Of a DNA stretch of 64,000 nt, positions 40,225 through 48,802 are shown in pieces (within the stretch, counting starts at the first letter, position 1; every line of letters begins with the position of its first letter). The DNA comes from an uncultured Gemmatimonadaceae bacterium (GTDB taxonomy: Bacteria > Gemmatimonadota > Gemmatimonadetes > Gemmatimonadales > Gemmatimonadaceae): positions 832,001 to 896,000 of the forward strand of contig CAWFQK010000004.1 of NCBI GenBank assembly GCA_963817955.1, read 5' to 3'. Made by a program: the position numbers and the translations under genes. A model generated the notes under the pieces. That model was not told the origin of the DNA. It searched no databases and worked only from the letters and a program-made list of their open reading frames with translations.

Positions 40225-41105
40225 CGCTGTCCGCTCGCGTCGTGGCGCAGGCCAAGGTCAACCTGCTCCTTCGCGTTCTCGCACGTGAAACGAGCGGCTA
40301 TCACTCCATCGAAACGGTATTTCTACGTCTCGACCTCGGCGACGACGTTTGCGTTCGGATCGTGAACGGACACACGCTCGATTGTGCAGGCCCTGCAATG
40401 CCCGCCGCGGGGCTTGGGCCGGCCCAGCAGAACCTGGCCTATCGCGCCGCCGCGACATACGCCGAGGCCACGGGATGGCCCAGTGGATTCGCCATAGAGA
40501 TCGAGAAGCGAATTCCCGTTGGCGGAGGACTGGGCGGCGGCAGCGCTGACGCTGGAGCCGTGCTCCGGGCGCTCGACGCACTGGCGCCGAATCCGCTCGG
40601 CACGCGCCTCGTGGAGCTCGCAACCACGCTCGGTGCCGATGTGCCGTTCATGGCGACCGACAGTCCCATGGCACTCGCGTGGGGTCGTGGGGAACGCATG
40701 CTTCCGCTACGCGCCCTCGAGCCACGGGCCGCCGTTCTCATTATCCCCGATTTCGCGATCAATACCGCCGAGGCGTATGGGTGGCTCGCGGCGGATCGGG
40801 GGTCGTACGTGCCGGCAGCGACGGTCATTGCGCCGGAGGCACTCGATACATGGGAGTCGATGGCCGGTCTCGCCACCAACGAATTCGAGCGCGTCGTTGC
40901 GCGGCGAAGGCCGGTGATCGCCGAACTCGTCGACGAACTCGAGGCCGCGGGCGCGTGTGTGGCCATGATGAGCGGCTCCGGCTCGACGGTTTTCGGGATA
41001 TTCGACTGCTTCCCGGACGTGCCCGCGATCGCGCGCACTTCGAGTCACACTAAGGTCCTGACAGGAACGAGCGATCGAGTTGTAAGAGTGGTGTTGGATC
41101 GGTAG
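40221..41105 (+). CDS. ispE: 4-diphosphocytidyl-2-C-methyl-D-erythritol kinase
   Basis: AKVNL, GYH, KRIPVGGGLGGGSADA, GADVPF, MSGSGSTVF. Confidence 0.95.
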   Translation: MTLSARVVAQAKVNLLLRVLARETSGYHSIETVFLRLDLGDDVCVRIVNGHTLDCAGPAMPAAGLGPAQQNLAYRAAATYAEATGWPSGFAIEIEKRIPVGGGLGGGSADAGAVLRALDALAPNPLGTRLVELATTLGADVPFMATDSPMALAWGRGERMLPLRALEPRAAVLIIPDFAINTAEAYGWLAADRGSYVPAATVIAPEALDTWESMAGLATNEFERVVARRRPVIAELVDELEAAGACVAMMSGSGSTVFGIFDCFPDVPAIARTSSHTKVLTGTSDRVVRVVLDR

Positions 41106-41108
41106 CTT
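41080..41108 (+). promoter_or_regulatory. Candidate promoter for tRNA-Gln/prs, inside the 3' end of ispE
   Basis: TTGTAA-17 bp-TAGCTT, 11 nt before the tRNA. Confidence 0.5.
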
Positions 41109-41119
41109 TCAGGGCTTGC

Positions 41120-41190
41120 TGCCCCCTCGTCCAATGGCAGGACATCGGACTTTGGATCCGAGAATGGTGGTTCGAATCCACCGGGGGCAA
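41120..41190 (+). tRNA. tRNA-Gln(TTG)
   Basis: Acceptor TGCCCCC/GGGGGCA; anticodon arm TCGGA-CT TTG GA-TCCGA; GGTTCGAATCC; CCA not encoded. Confidence 0.97.
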
Positions 41191-41227
41191 CGTTCAACTC
41201 CTGCCTATCTCAGCAAGGCTTCGCATC

Positions 41228-42180
41228 ATGGATGGACTAGCGGTCCCGAGTCATGGCTTGAAGGTTTTGTCCGGCACTGCCAACCGTGCGCTTGCGGAGG
41301 AGATCGCCCGCCATCTCGGAGTCGACCTGTGCCGGGTCAATCTGGGTCGGTTCGCCGACGGGGAGATCTTGGTTCGCATCGACGAGAACGTTCGCGGCAA
41401 CGACGTGTTCATCGTGCAGCCCACGAACCCGCCGGCCGAGAACATCATGGAGCTCCTGCTCCTGATCGACGCGGCGCGCCGGGCCTCGGCGGCGCGAATC
41501 ACCTGCGTGATGCCGTACTACGGCTACGCCCGGCAGGACCGCAAGGACCAGCCACGCGTGGCGATCGGCGCCAAGCTCATGGCGAACATGATCAAGGCCG
41601 CTGGCGCGGATCGGGTGCTGGGGGTGGACTTCCACCAGCACCAGCTCCAGGGGTTCTTCGACGTACCCGTGGATCACCTGTATGCAATGCCGGTGTTCAC
41701 GGCGCACTATCGCAAGAAGCAGCTGCAGGATCTGGTGGTCGTCGCGCCCGATGTCGGTTCGGCGAAGATGGCGCGGGGGTTCGCGAAACGGCTGAACGGA
41801 TCGCTCGCGATCATCGACAAGCGCCGGCCTCAGCCGAACGTGTCGGAAGTGGTGAACGTGGTTGGTGAAGTCGAGGGACATGATTGTATCCTCGTCGACG
41901 ACATGATCGACACGGCCGGGACGGTGACGGAAGCGGCGCGGGCGCTGAAGGGACTGGGTGCCAAGGACATCTACGTCTGCGCGACGCACGCGCTGCTGTC
42001 GGGTCCCGCCGTGGAACGGTTGAACGAAGCGCCGATCAAGGAAGTCGCGGTGACGGACACGATCGCGATTCCCGAGGACCGGCGCCCGAAGAACTGTGTG
42101 TTCTGTCCGTCGGCGAGCTGCTGTCGAAAGCGATTCGCTTCACGCATAGCGAGCAGTCGGTGAGTTCGCTGTTCGATTGA
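41228..42180 (+). CDS. prs: Ribose-phosphate pyrophosphokinase; 1-nt frameshift near 42094
   Basis: FADGE, PYYGYARQDRK, VDDMIDTAGT; the conserved C-terminus VLSVGELLSKAIRFTHSEQSVSSLFD lies in the shifted frame. Confidence 0.95.
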
Positions 42181-42192
42181 AAGTCTGTTGGA

Positions 42193-42264
42193 CCTCGCGC
42201 AATTCTCATGGTAGGGAGGACGCAGCCTCCCGAGAGTAGACGGGATTGGCGCGAGGAGGCTGCG
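42193..42264 (+). ncRNA. Candidate L25 ribosomal leader with a 5S rRNA loop E mimic
   Basis: ATGGTA(42208-13)/GAGAGTA(42232-38) internal loop closed by GGGAGG/CCTCCC, on a basal helix CCTCGCGC-AATTC/GGATT-G-GCGCGAGG; lies directly upstream of rplY. Confidence 0.65.
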
Positions 42265-42295
42265 AAGTTTCTGTTATCATACTGGTATTTGCACA

Positions 42296-42952
42296 ATGGC
42301 ATCAGCATCACTGGACGCCACCGTCCGCGCCGACCGCGGCACGGGCGTCGCCCGCAAGATCCGCCAAGCCGGACAGGTTCCCGCCGTCATCTACGGCCAC
42401 GGACGCGAGCCGCAGTCGCTCACGATCAACGCACGCGAGACGAATCATCTGCTGTCGACCATCTCGGCGGCGAGCACCGTCGTCAATCTGAACGTCGACG
42501 GCAAGACGTGCCGCACCCTCATCCGCGAGATTCAGCGCCATCCGTTCAAGCGCCACCTGGTCCACGTCGATTTCCAGGAGCTCGTGGCTGGTGAGAAGGT
42601 AACGGTCAGCGTGCCGCTACGCTTCGTCGGCACGGCAGATGGCGTGCGGAACGGCGGCGGAGTGCTCGAAGAAACGATGCACAAGGTGCACATCAAGGTC
42701 GATCCGGCGCAGATGCCGGAGCACATCGATGTCGATGTCACCGATCTGACCATCGGCCACAGCCTTCACATTCGCAATCTTCCGCTGCCTGAAGGCATCT
42801 CGGTGCTCGACGATCCGAGTGCCACGGTGTGCGTCGTGACGGCGCCGAAGACGGTTGTGGAGACGCCGGTCCCGGGTGCCGAGGTCGAGCCGAGCACGGC
42901 CGAACCGGAGCTCATCCGCAAGCCGAAGCCTGAAGAGGGCGAGGCCAAGTAA
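42296..42952 (+). CDS. rplY: 50S ribosomal protein L25 / general stress protein Ctc
   Basis: GQVPAVIYGHG, IREIQRHP....HVDF, GGVLE, IGHSLHI. Confidence 0.96.
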   Translation: MASASLDATVRADRGTGVARKIRQAGQVPAVIYGHGREPQSLTINARETNHLLSTISAASTVVNLNVDGKTCRTLIREIQRHPFKRHLVHVDFQELVAGEKVTVSVPLRFVGTADGVRNGGGVLEETMHKVHIKVDPAQMPEHIDVDVTDLTIGHSLHIRNLPLPEGISVLDDPSATVCVVTAPKTVVETPVPGAEVEPSTAEPELIRKPKPEEGEAK

Positions 42953-43020
42953 CTGCGTCAGTGCTCCATTTCCTGTTCGGGCGGCGCCGAGCATCTCCCG
43001 CGGCACGCGACGACGAGCCG

Positions 43021-43602
43021 ATGAAAGTCATAGTGGGACTCGGCAACCCGGGCAAGGAATACGAGCGTACACGTCACAACGTCGGTTGGTGGGTCGTCGA
43101 TCACCTCGCCGACGTTTGGCATTTCGGCGGCTGGCGCAAGGACGGCGAAGCGTACGTGAGCAACGGCACCGTGGGAAACGTGAAGGTGAGGCTGGTCAAA
43201 CCGCTCACGTTCATGAATCTCAGCGGGGCTGTGCTCAGGCCATACCTGCGCCGGCCCTTCTGGGCCGCCGCTACCGATCTCATGGTCGTCGTCGATGACG
43301 TCGCGCTCCCACTGGGTCGTTATCGCTTTCGAGCCAAGGGGAGTGCCGGCGGGCACAATGGATTGAAGAGCATCGAGGGCGCTCTCAAATCGCAGGAGTA
43401 TGCACGCCTGCGGATCGGGATCGCGCCCGAGGACCCTTCGCGCCGGGGCCAACTGAAGGACTACGTGCTCGACGACTTCGGCAAGCGGGACGCACAGACC
43501 GTTCGCGACCTGCTTCCCGCGCTGACCGAGGCCGTGGCTCTCTGGCTCACGGCTGGCATCGTGCCGGTTATGAATCGATTTACTGGAGAGGGTGCGGAGT
43601 GA
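43021..43602 (+). CDS. pth: Peptidyl-tRNA hydrolase
   Basis: VGLGNPGKEYERTRHNVG, KPLTFMNLSG, GSAGGHNGLKS. Confidence 0.97.
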   Translation: MKVIVGLGNPGKEYERTRHNVGWWVVDHLADVWHFGGWRKDGEAYVSNGTVGNVKVRLVKPLTFMNLSGAVLRPYLRRPFWAAATDLMVVVDDVALPLGRYRFRAKGSAGGHNGLKSIEGALKSQEYARLRIGIAPEDPSRRGQLKDYVLDDFGKRDAQTVRDLLPALTEAVALWLTAGIVPVMNRFTGEGAE

Positions 43603-43631
43603 TGCGCGCCCTCCATCATCAACACTAGAGA

Positions 43632-44733
43632 ATGCTCAGACTCGGAATTGTCGGTCTGCCGAACGTCGGCAAGTCGACGCTGTTCAATGCGCTCACGTCG
43701 GCGAATGTCCTCGCCGCGAACTATCCGTTCGCCACGAAGGATCCGAACGTCGGCCGGGTGAACGTGCCGGACGCACGGCTCGATGCGCTGGCCAAGGTCG
43801 TTCAACCACGTGGCGTCCTGCCGGCCGCCGTCGAATTCGTCGACATCGCGGGCTTGGTGAAGGGTGCGTCGCAGGGCGAAGGCCTGGGCAACCAGTTCTT
43901 GGCGAACATCCGTGAAACGGACGCCATCGTCCATGTCATCCGCGCCTTTGACGACGACGACGTGCTGCACGTGATGGGCGCCATCGATTCCGTGCGCGAT
44001 CGAGAGGTCATCGAATTCGAGCTCGCCCTGGCGGACCTGTCCGTCGTGGAGAAGCGGCTCGATCGCGCCAAGCGCGCGTCGAGGACCGGCGACAAGGACG
44101 CGCTGGCGGAGCTCGGCGCGCTCGAGCGCGCCTTCGCGCCGCTCCAGGAGGGCCGCGCTCTGTGGCATGCCGCGCTGTCGGCGGAGGACCGTGCCGTGCT
44201 CGCACCATTGTCGCTCCTCACCCTCAAGCCAATTCTCTACGCGGCGAATGTGACCGACGCCGAGTTGTCGGGCGACGAAGGCCCGCATCTCGAGCGCCTG
44301 CGCGAGGCAGTCGCGTCGAGCGGCGAGCCCGCCGAGGTCGTCCCCTTCTCCGCCAAGATCGAGGCGGAGCTGGCCGAGTTGCCCGCCGGAGGACCGCAAT
44401 GCATTTCTCGAGTCACTCGGGTTGGAGTCGGCGGGACTCGACCGCCTCATTCGCGCCGGCTATCACCTGCTCGGTCTGCAGACCTACTTCACCGCCGGGG
44501 AGCAGGAGGTCCGCGCATGGACGATCCATCGCGGGGACACTGCGCCGCAGGCGGCGGGGGTGATCCATACCGACTTCGAGCGCGGCTTCATTCGCGCCGA
44601 GACGGTGGGCTATGACGACTTCATCACCAACGGCGGCTGGAAAGGCGCGCGGGAAAAAGGCGCCGTGCGGTCGGAGGGCAAAGAGTACGTGGTGCAGGAC
44701 GGCGACGTGATGCTCTTCCGCTTCAACGTCTGA
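43632..44733 (+). CDS. ychF: Redox-regulated ATPase YchF; 1-nt insertion near 44383
   Basis: [26 protein letters not shown]-terminal [13 protein letters not shown]...[13 protein letters not shown] in the shifted frame. Confidence 0.95.
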
Positions 44734-44736
44734 GCG

Positions 44737-45321
44737 TCAACAGGTGTTTTTCACGCCTGGCGTCACACGCCAACGCACCGTCGTGGTGCCGCCCACTGGC
44801 GTGTTATACAGTACGGTATCCTTGGTCGGGTCAGTGCTCGGGTCGACAATCGCGTTGAGGAGAGCGGCGTCTGCCGCTGAGATGCCAGGGATGTCCAGCC
44901 AGAGGGAATCCTTTTTGTTTCCCGAGCGGTCCTCCACCGAGTCACTTATCTCACCCATGGGCGTCCAGAGCCCCGTGGTCGGGATATAGAAATCAATGTA
45001 CGGTCCAGAGGTCTTCCATGTGCTCACGTTCGTTGTGGTGAACCGGCGCGCACGTGCCAAGCAACTCTCAATCGAGCTGGTGGTGATCAGGTATAGCGAG
45101 CTCTGATGGACGCCCCGGGAAATTCCGGTCCATCGGCCAGCTCCATCGCGTTCATGCCGACGCCAATGTCTCTGAGCGCTGACGCAGTCTTCAACGCGCG
45201 ATTGGTGATCATTCGACGCCGATAGATACGGCGCCGCCGTCGCCGCGAGCGCGGCCACGATGACGACCACCATAACGATCCACAACAGCGCAACCCCGCG
45301 CCGCACTCTGTAAGCGAGCAT
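44737..45321 (-). CDS. Type II secretion/type IV pseudopilin-like protein, apparently with compensating frameshifts
   Basis: Class III-like signal RRG/VALLWIVMVVVIVAAL; helix RALKTASALRDIG...EFPG in an alternate frame (about 45208-45112); W..SGPYI motif. Confidence 0.6.
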   Translation of the reverse strand: MLAYRVRRGVALLWIVMVVVIVAALAATAAPYLSASNDHQSRVEDCVSAQRHWRRHERDGAGRWTGISRGVHQSSLYLITTSSIESCLARARRFTTTNVSTWKTSGPYIDFYIPTTGLWTPMGEISDSVEDRSGNKKDSLWLDIPGISAADAALLNAIVDPSTDPTKDTVLYNTPVGGTTTVRWRVTPGVKNTC

Positions 45322-45443
45322 ACAGGAGAAGACGAACATCCGTGCCGCGCGTTTCCGCAAGGGGGGGGGGCGAGGCTGTTCTTGGAAAGCAGCACGTGGG
45401 CTCGCATGCGCAGGTCGTCTGCCAGGCGCTCCAGCGGTACCAT

Positions 45444-45478
45444 GAGCCGGACACTCGCGCGAGGCGAGCGTCCGGCTC
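45444..45478 (-). terminator. Strong hairpin downstream of the 45497-45877 gene
   Basis: GAGCCGGACGCTCGC-ctcgc-GCGAGTGTCCGGCTC on the minus strand; a G-U pair favours this strand; no U-tail. Confidence 0.55.
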
Positions 45479-45496
45479 CTGGATGCGCGCAGGCCG

Positions 45497-45877
45497 CTAG
45501 CGAATGTATACGGTGTTGTTCTTCAGCCCGTAGCCAACGCGGAATTCGATGATCTCACCCGGGGCAACGATGATCTTGCCCGTGGATGCGCGGCCGTTGC
45601 CGCCGATCGGTGTCGCGACGATCTGCAAGTCCGTGTTCATCATCGAAGGGTCGAGGACGAACGTATCGGACGCGTTGCCTGTGACCGTGCCGAGCCGGGT
45701 GGCCATGCCGTCGGTGACAGCAAACACGTCCAGGTCCAAGAAGTCGTCATTCCTGAGTTGGAGAGCGGCCGAGTTGACCGGCACCACCTCGCCCGCCGCC
45801 GTTTCGCTCGGACGAGCGCAGGCGTTCGCCGTTCCCAAGAGCATTGCCGATGCACAAGCAGCGACCAAGATTCTCAT
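45497..45877 (-). CDS. Small hypothetical lipoprotein-like protein
   Basis: Signal MRILVAACASAMLLGTANAC; beta-rich domain with RLGTVTG; GGAGG RBS (start could be 45886). Confidence 0.7.
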   Translation of the reverse strand: MRILVAACASAMLLGTANACARPSETAAGEVVPVNSAALQLRNDDFLDLDVFAVTDGMATRLGTVTGNASDTFVLDPSMMNTDLQIVATPIGGNGRASTGKIIVAPGEIIEFRVGYGLKNNTVYIR

Positions 45878-45971
45878 TCCCTGCATACCCCTACCTCCAC
45901 CGTCAGAATCCTTGGTAGGCCGCGCTGATCGCGACCCCTATGGCGAATATCAAAGCATGAGGGGTGCCAAC

Positions 45972-46000
45972 TTGAGACAATTCGTTGTCCTCGTTATAAT
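45972..46000 (+). promoter_or_regulatory. Sigma70 promoter of the rpsF operon
   Basis: TTGAGA-17 bp-TATAAT. Confidence 0.8.
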
Positions 46001-46049
46001 TAGAGGCTAGGCGCACGCGGCCATTGCCAGCGGCGCACATCACATTTCC

Positions 46050-46099
46050 CCTCCCCTTGCTCCGGCAACCAGCGGGGGGCGGTCACGACCAAAGGGAGG
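46050..46099 (+). ncRNA. S6:S18-binding rpsF leader RNA
   Basis: CCTCCC pairs with the SD GGGAGG; inner GCTCC/GGGGC stem; CC dinucleotide just 5' of the AAAGGGAGG strand, matching the known S6:S18 leader layout. Confidence 0.7.
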
Positions 46100-46110
46100 A
46101 TTGCCCACGC

Positions 46111-46479
46111 ATGACGCGTCAATATGAGGCGGTCTACGTCTTCGATTCTACGCTCGAAGACGCCGCCATTACCGACAAGCTTGGCCGCTTCCATGGCCTC
46201 CTCGGCAACCCCGAGGATCTCCAGCTCAACCACTGGGGCCGCCGCCAGCTCGCTTACCCCATCGCCCGCCGTGAATCCGGGTACTACGTCATCGCGCGCT
46301 TCGGCGCCGAAGCCGCCGTGCTCCCCGAATACGAGCGCGCCATCAAGCTCGATGACGGCATCATCCGTCATCTCATCACGCTCTTCGAGCACGAAGTCGG
46401 CGCTCCGCCGATGTCGGAAGAAGAGCTCGCCCTGGCGAACCGTCGGCGTGAGGCCGACGAAGACGAGGACGAGGAATAA
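46111..46479 (+). CDS. rpsF: 30S ribosomal protein S6
   Basis: [22 protein letters not shown], acidic tail. Confidence 0.96.
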   Translation: MTRQYEAVYVFDSTLEDAAITDKLGRFHGLLGNPEDLQLNHWGRRQLAYPIARRESGYYVIARFGAEAAVLPEYERAIKLDDGIIRHLITLFEHEVGAPPMSEEELALANRRREADEDEDEE

Positions 46480-46481
46480 CT

Positions 46482-46703
46482 ATGCGCCGCCCACAAAAGA
46501 CCTGCCCATTCTGCGAGACCCGCGTCCGCTTCATCGATTATAAAGATGATCGTACCCTCGGCCGCTTCATCACGGACCACGGCAAGATCCTGCCGAGCCG
46601 CCTGAGCGGTGTATGCGCCCGTCATCAGCGTCAGTTGTCAACGGCGATCAAGCGCGCGCGGTACCTCGCCATCATTCCGTATATCCGCGGGATGCAGGCG
46701 TAG
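46482..46703 (+). CDS. rpsR: 30S ribosomal protein S18 (Zn-binding form)
   Basis: [30 protein letters not shown]. Confidence 0.97.
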   Translation: MRRPQKTCPFCETRVRFIDYKDDRTLGRFITDHGKILPSRLSGVCARHQRQLSTAIKRARYLAIIPYIRGMQA

Positions 46704-46706
46704 CGT

Positions 46707-47789
46707 ATGGCCGAACCGGCGTCCGAGGTCACATCAGCTCCGGCTCCTGTGGCCGCGCCTACCGAGCGCGGATGGGGAAAGCTTCTCATCGCGATCGTGG
46801 CGTTCCTGTTCCTCCCGACGATTCCGCAGTTGCGGGCCGTGTTGCCGATCGAGCAGACGATGATGCTGCTCGTTCCGGCAGTCGCCGCATGTGCGCTCGT
46901 CGGATGGTGGGCGGGCGGACGCGCGTTCCTGGCCGTTGCCTGGGTCGCGATCGCCGCGTTGTTGACGGCGCAATCGGCTACACCTCCCAGTCCGTTCGAC
47001 AATCTCGTGCGCGGCTGGTGCCTGTTGCTCGCCGGAACGTTCGGACTCGTCTGCCTATTGGGTGTGCGACGTCCGCTGTTCTCGCGTTCGTTGCTGACCC
47101 TCGGCATCACCCTCGTGATGGCAACGATGGTGACCCTGCTCGGGCCGGTGACGTTATCGCAGGCGACGAAGACCCTGGCCGGCGAGTTTACGCGTCGCAA
47201 CGCCGAGACGATGTCCACGCTGAACGGCGTGATCGCGTCGCATCAGAAGGAATGGAAGGACCTGGCGGCAAAGGTGCCGAAGCTTGTGGACCTCCCCGCG
47301 GAAACCGAAAAGGAACTCGGCGTGATGTCAGACGCCGGCGCCGACGTGTTTCCCGCACTCCTCGCGCTTCAGTCACTCGCGGCGTTGGCGCTCGCCTGGG
47401 CCGTGTACCATCGGCTTGGCCGCGCTCGCCTCGGTCCCCCGCTCGGACCGTTACGGGAATTCCGGTTCAACGACCAACTGGTGTGGGGATTGATCGTCGG
47501 GCTGACGATCATGCTGGTTCCCACACTGACCGCCCTGCGCGGAGTTGGAATAAATCTCCTCGTCTTCTTTGGCGCGCTCTACGCCATGCGTGGTTTCGGC
47601 GTGCTCACCTGGTTCATGGCACCAGGGAGCCTCGCGATCACACTGGCCGTGGGCTTCGTCCTGCTCTGGGCGCCCGTTCTCAACGCGTTTGCCGCACTCG
47701 CCTTCATGATGCTCGGCGTGGCCGCATTGGCGTTGGGTCTGGGTGATACCTGGGCGGATTGGCGTAGCCGCGCGCGCTCCACTTTGTAG
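46707..47789 (+). CDS. DUF2232 (YybS-like) membrane protein
   Basis: Multi-TM; C-terminal LGLGDTWADWR; sits between rpsR and rplI. Confidence 0.85.
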   Translation: MAEPASEVTSAPAPVAAPTERGWGKLLIAIVAFLFLPTIPQLRAVLPIEQTMMLLVPAVAACALVGWWAGGRAFLAVAWVAIAALLTAQSATPPSPFDNLVRGWCLLLAGTFGLVCLLGVRRPLFSRSLLTLGITLVMATMVTLLGPVTLSQATKTLAGEFTRRNAETMSTLNGVIASHQKEWKDLAAKVPKLVDLPAETEKELGVMSDAGADVFPALLALQSLAALALAWAVYHRLGRARLGPPLGPLREFRFNDQLVWGLIVGLTIMLVPTLTALRGVGINLLVFFGALYAMRGFGVLTWFMAPGSLAITLAVGFVLLWAPVLNAFAALAFMMLGVAALALGLGDTWADWRSRARSTL

Positions 47790-47815
47790 ATCGATCACAC
47801 CGATCGGAGTCAATC

Positions 47816-48259
47816 ATGGAAATCATCCTCCGCCAAGCGGTCGAGAATCTCGGCAAGCCCGGCGACGTGGTGAAGGTCAAGTCGGGCTACGCTCGCAACT
47901 ATCTGCTTCCGCGCGGCTTCGCCTACGAGGCGACGCCGGGCAACCTGAAACGCATTCGGCAAGAGCGCGATCGCCTGGACGCGGCCGAGAACGAGCGTCG
48001 CGGCGCAGCGCAGAGCATTGCCGAGCAACTCGAGCAAGTGTCGCTCACCTTCTCGGCCCGCGTCGGCGAGGAAGGAAAGCTGTTCGGCTCGGTCACCGCT
48101 GCAGACATCGCGCAGCAACTCGAGGCCCAGGGATTCCACATCGAGAAGCGCCAGATCGACCTGCACGATCCGATCAAGGCGCTGGGTGTATATCGCGTTC
48201 CGGTTCGGCTTCACGCCGACGTCAAGCCGGAAGTGCGCGTCTGGATCATCAAGCAGTAA
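47816..48259 (+). CDS. rplI: 50S ribosomal protein L9
   Basis: LGKPGDVVKVKSGYARNYLLP, GKLFGSVT. Confidence 0.97.
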   Translation: MEIILRQAVENLGKPGDVVKVKSGYARNYLLPRGFAYEATPGNLKRIRQERDRLDAAENERRGAAQSIAEQLEQVSLTFSARVGEEGKLFGSVTAADIAQQLEAQGFHIEKRQIDLHDPIKALGVYRVPVRLHADVKPEVRVWIIKQ

Positions 48260-48280
48260 GCTCGCTCGAGTGGTGAAGCG

Positions 48281-48323
48281 GTCGAACGGTGGAGCGCCGC
48301 GGCGCTCCACCGTTCGACTGTTT
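48281..48323 (+). terminator. Perfect 38-bp palindrome / terminator after rplI
   Basis: GTCGAACGGTGGAGCGCCG|CGGCGCTCCACCGTTCGAC followed by TGTTT. Confidence 0.75.
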
Positions 48324-48401
48324 GAGGAGTCCTCGCCGTGCTCTACAAAGCGTGGTACCACTGTTATGCTACATGTACACCTACCGGGCGCCGCTCACTG
48401 C

Positions 48402-48779
48402 ATGCCGACCATTACATCGACCAACACCCTGACCAACACGCTCGCTCTCGCGCAGCGCGCCGCACAGCTCGCCGTCGACAGCAAAGCGCAGGACATCGTC
48501 CTCCTCGATCTGCGAGGCGTGACGGACATGACCGACTATTTCCTCGTCGCCAGCGGCACATCAGACACGCATGCGCGATCGATCGGTGAGCGGATCATGG
48601 AAGGGATGAAGAAGGACGGCTCGCCAGTGCATCATGTCGAGGGACTGGAGAAGGGCCGCTGGGTGCTGCTCGATTTCGTGGACATCGTGGTGCACGTGTT
48701 TCACCCAACTATGCGCAACTTCTATCAACTCGAGCGCTTGTGGGCCGACGCCGAGCAGATTCCGCTGGAATCACGATAG
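48402..48779 (+). CDS. rsfS: Ribosome silencing factor
   Basis: KAQDIVLLD, TDYFLVASG.S..H, WVLLD..DIVVHVF, FYQLERLW. Confidence 0.95.
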   Translation: MPTITSTNTLTNTLALAQRAAQLAVDSKAQDIVLLDLRGVTDMTDYFLVASGTSDTHARSIGERIMEGMKKDGSPVHHVEGLEKGRWVLLDFVDIVVHVFHPTMRNFYQLERLWADAEQIPLESR

Positions 48780-48802
48780 GCGTTCCGCGACGAGCGAGGG
48801 GC

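Noticed and set aside
13898..41190. All three tRNAs lack encoded CCA; A-C mismatch at the top of the tRNA-Ser(GCT) anticodon stem
   Set aside because: CCA addition by tRNA nucleotidyltransferase is common, and a single 27-43 mismatch is tolerated.
42193..42264. A 5S rRNA gene or pseudogene
   Set aside because: Only the loop E strands match; helices I-III and loop C (CCGAAC) are absent, so it is treated as a mimic.
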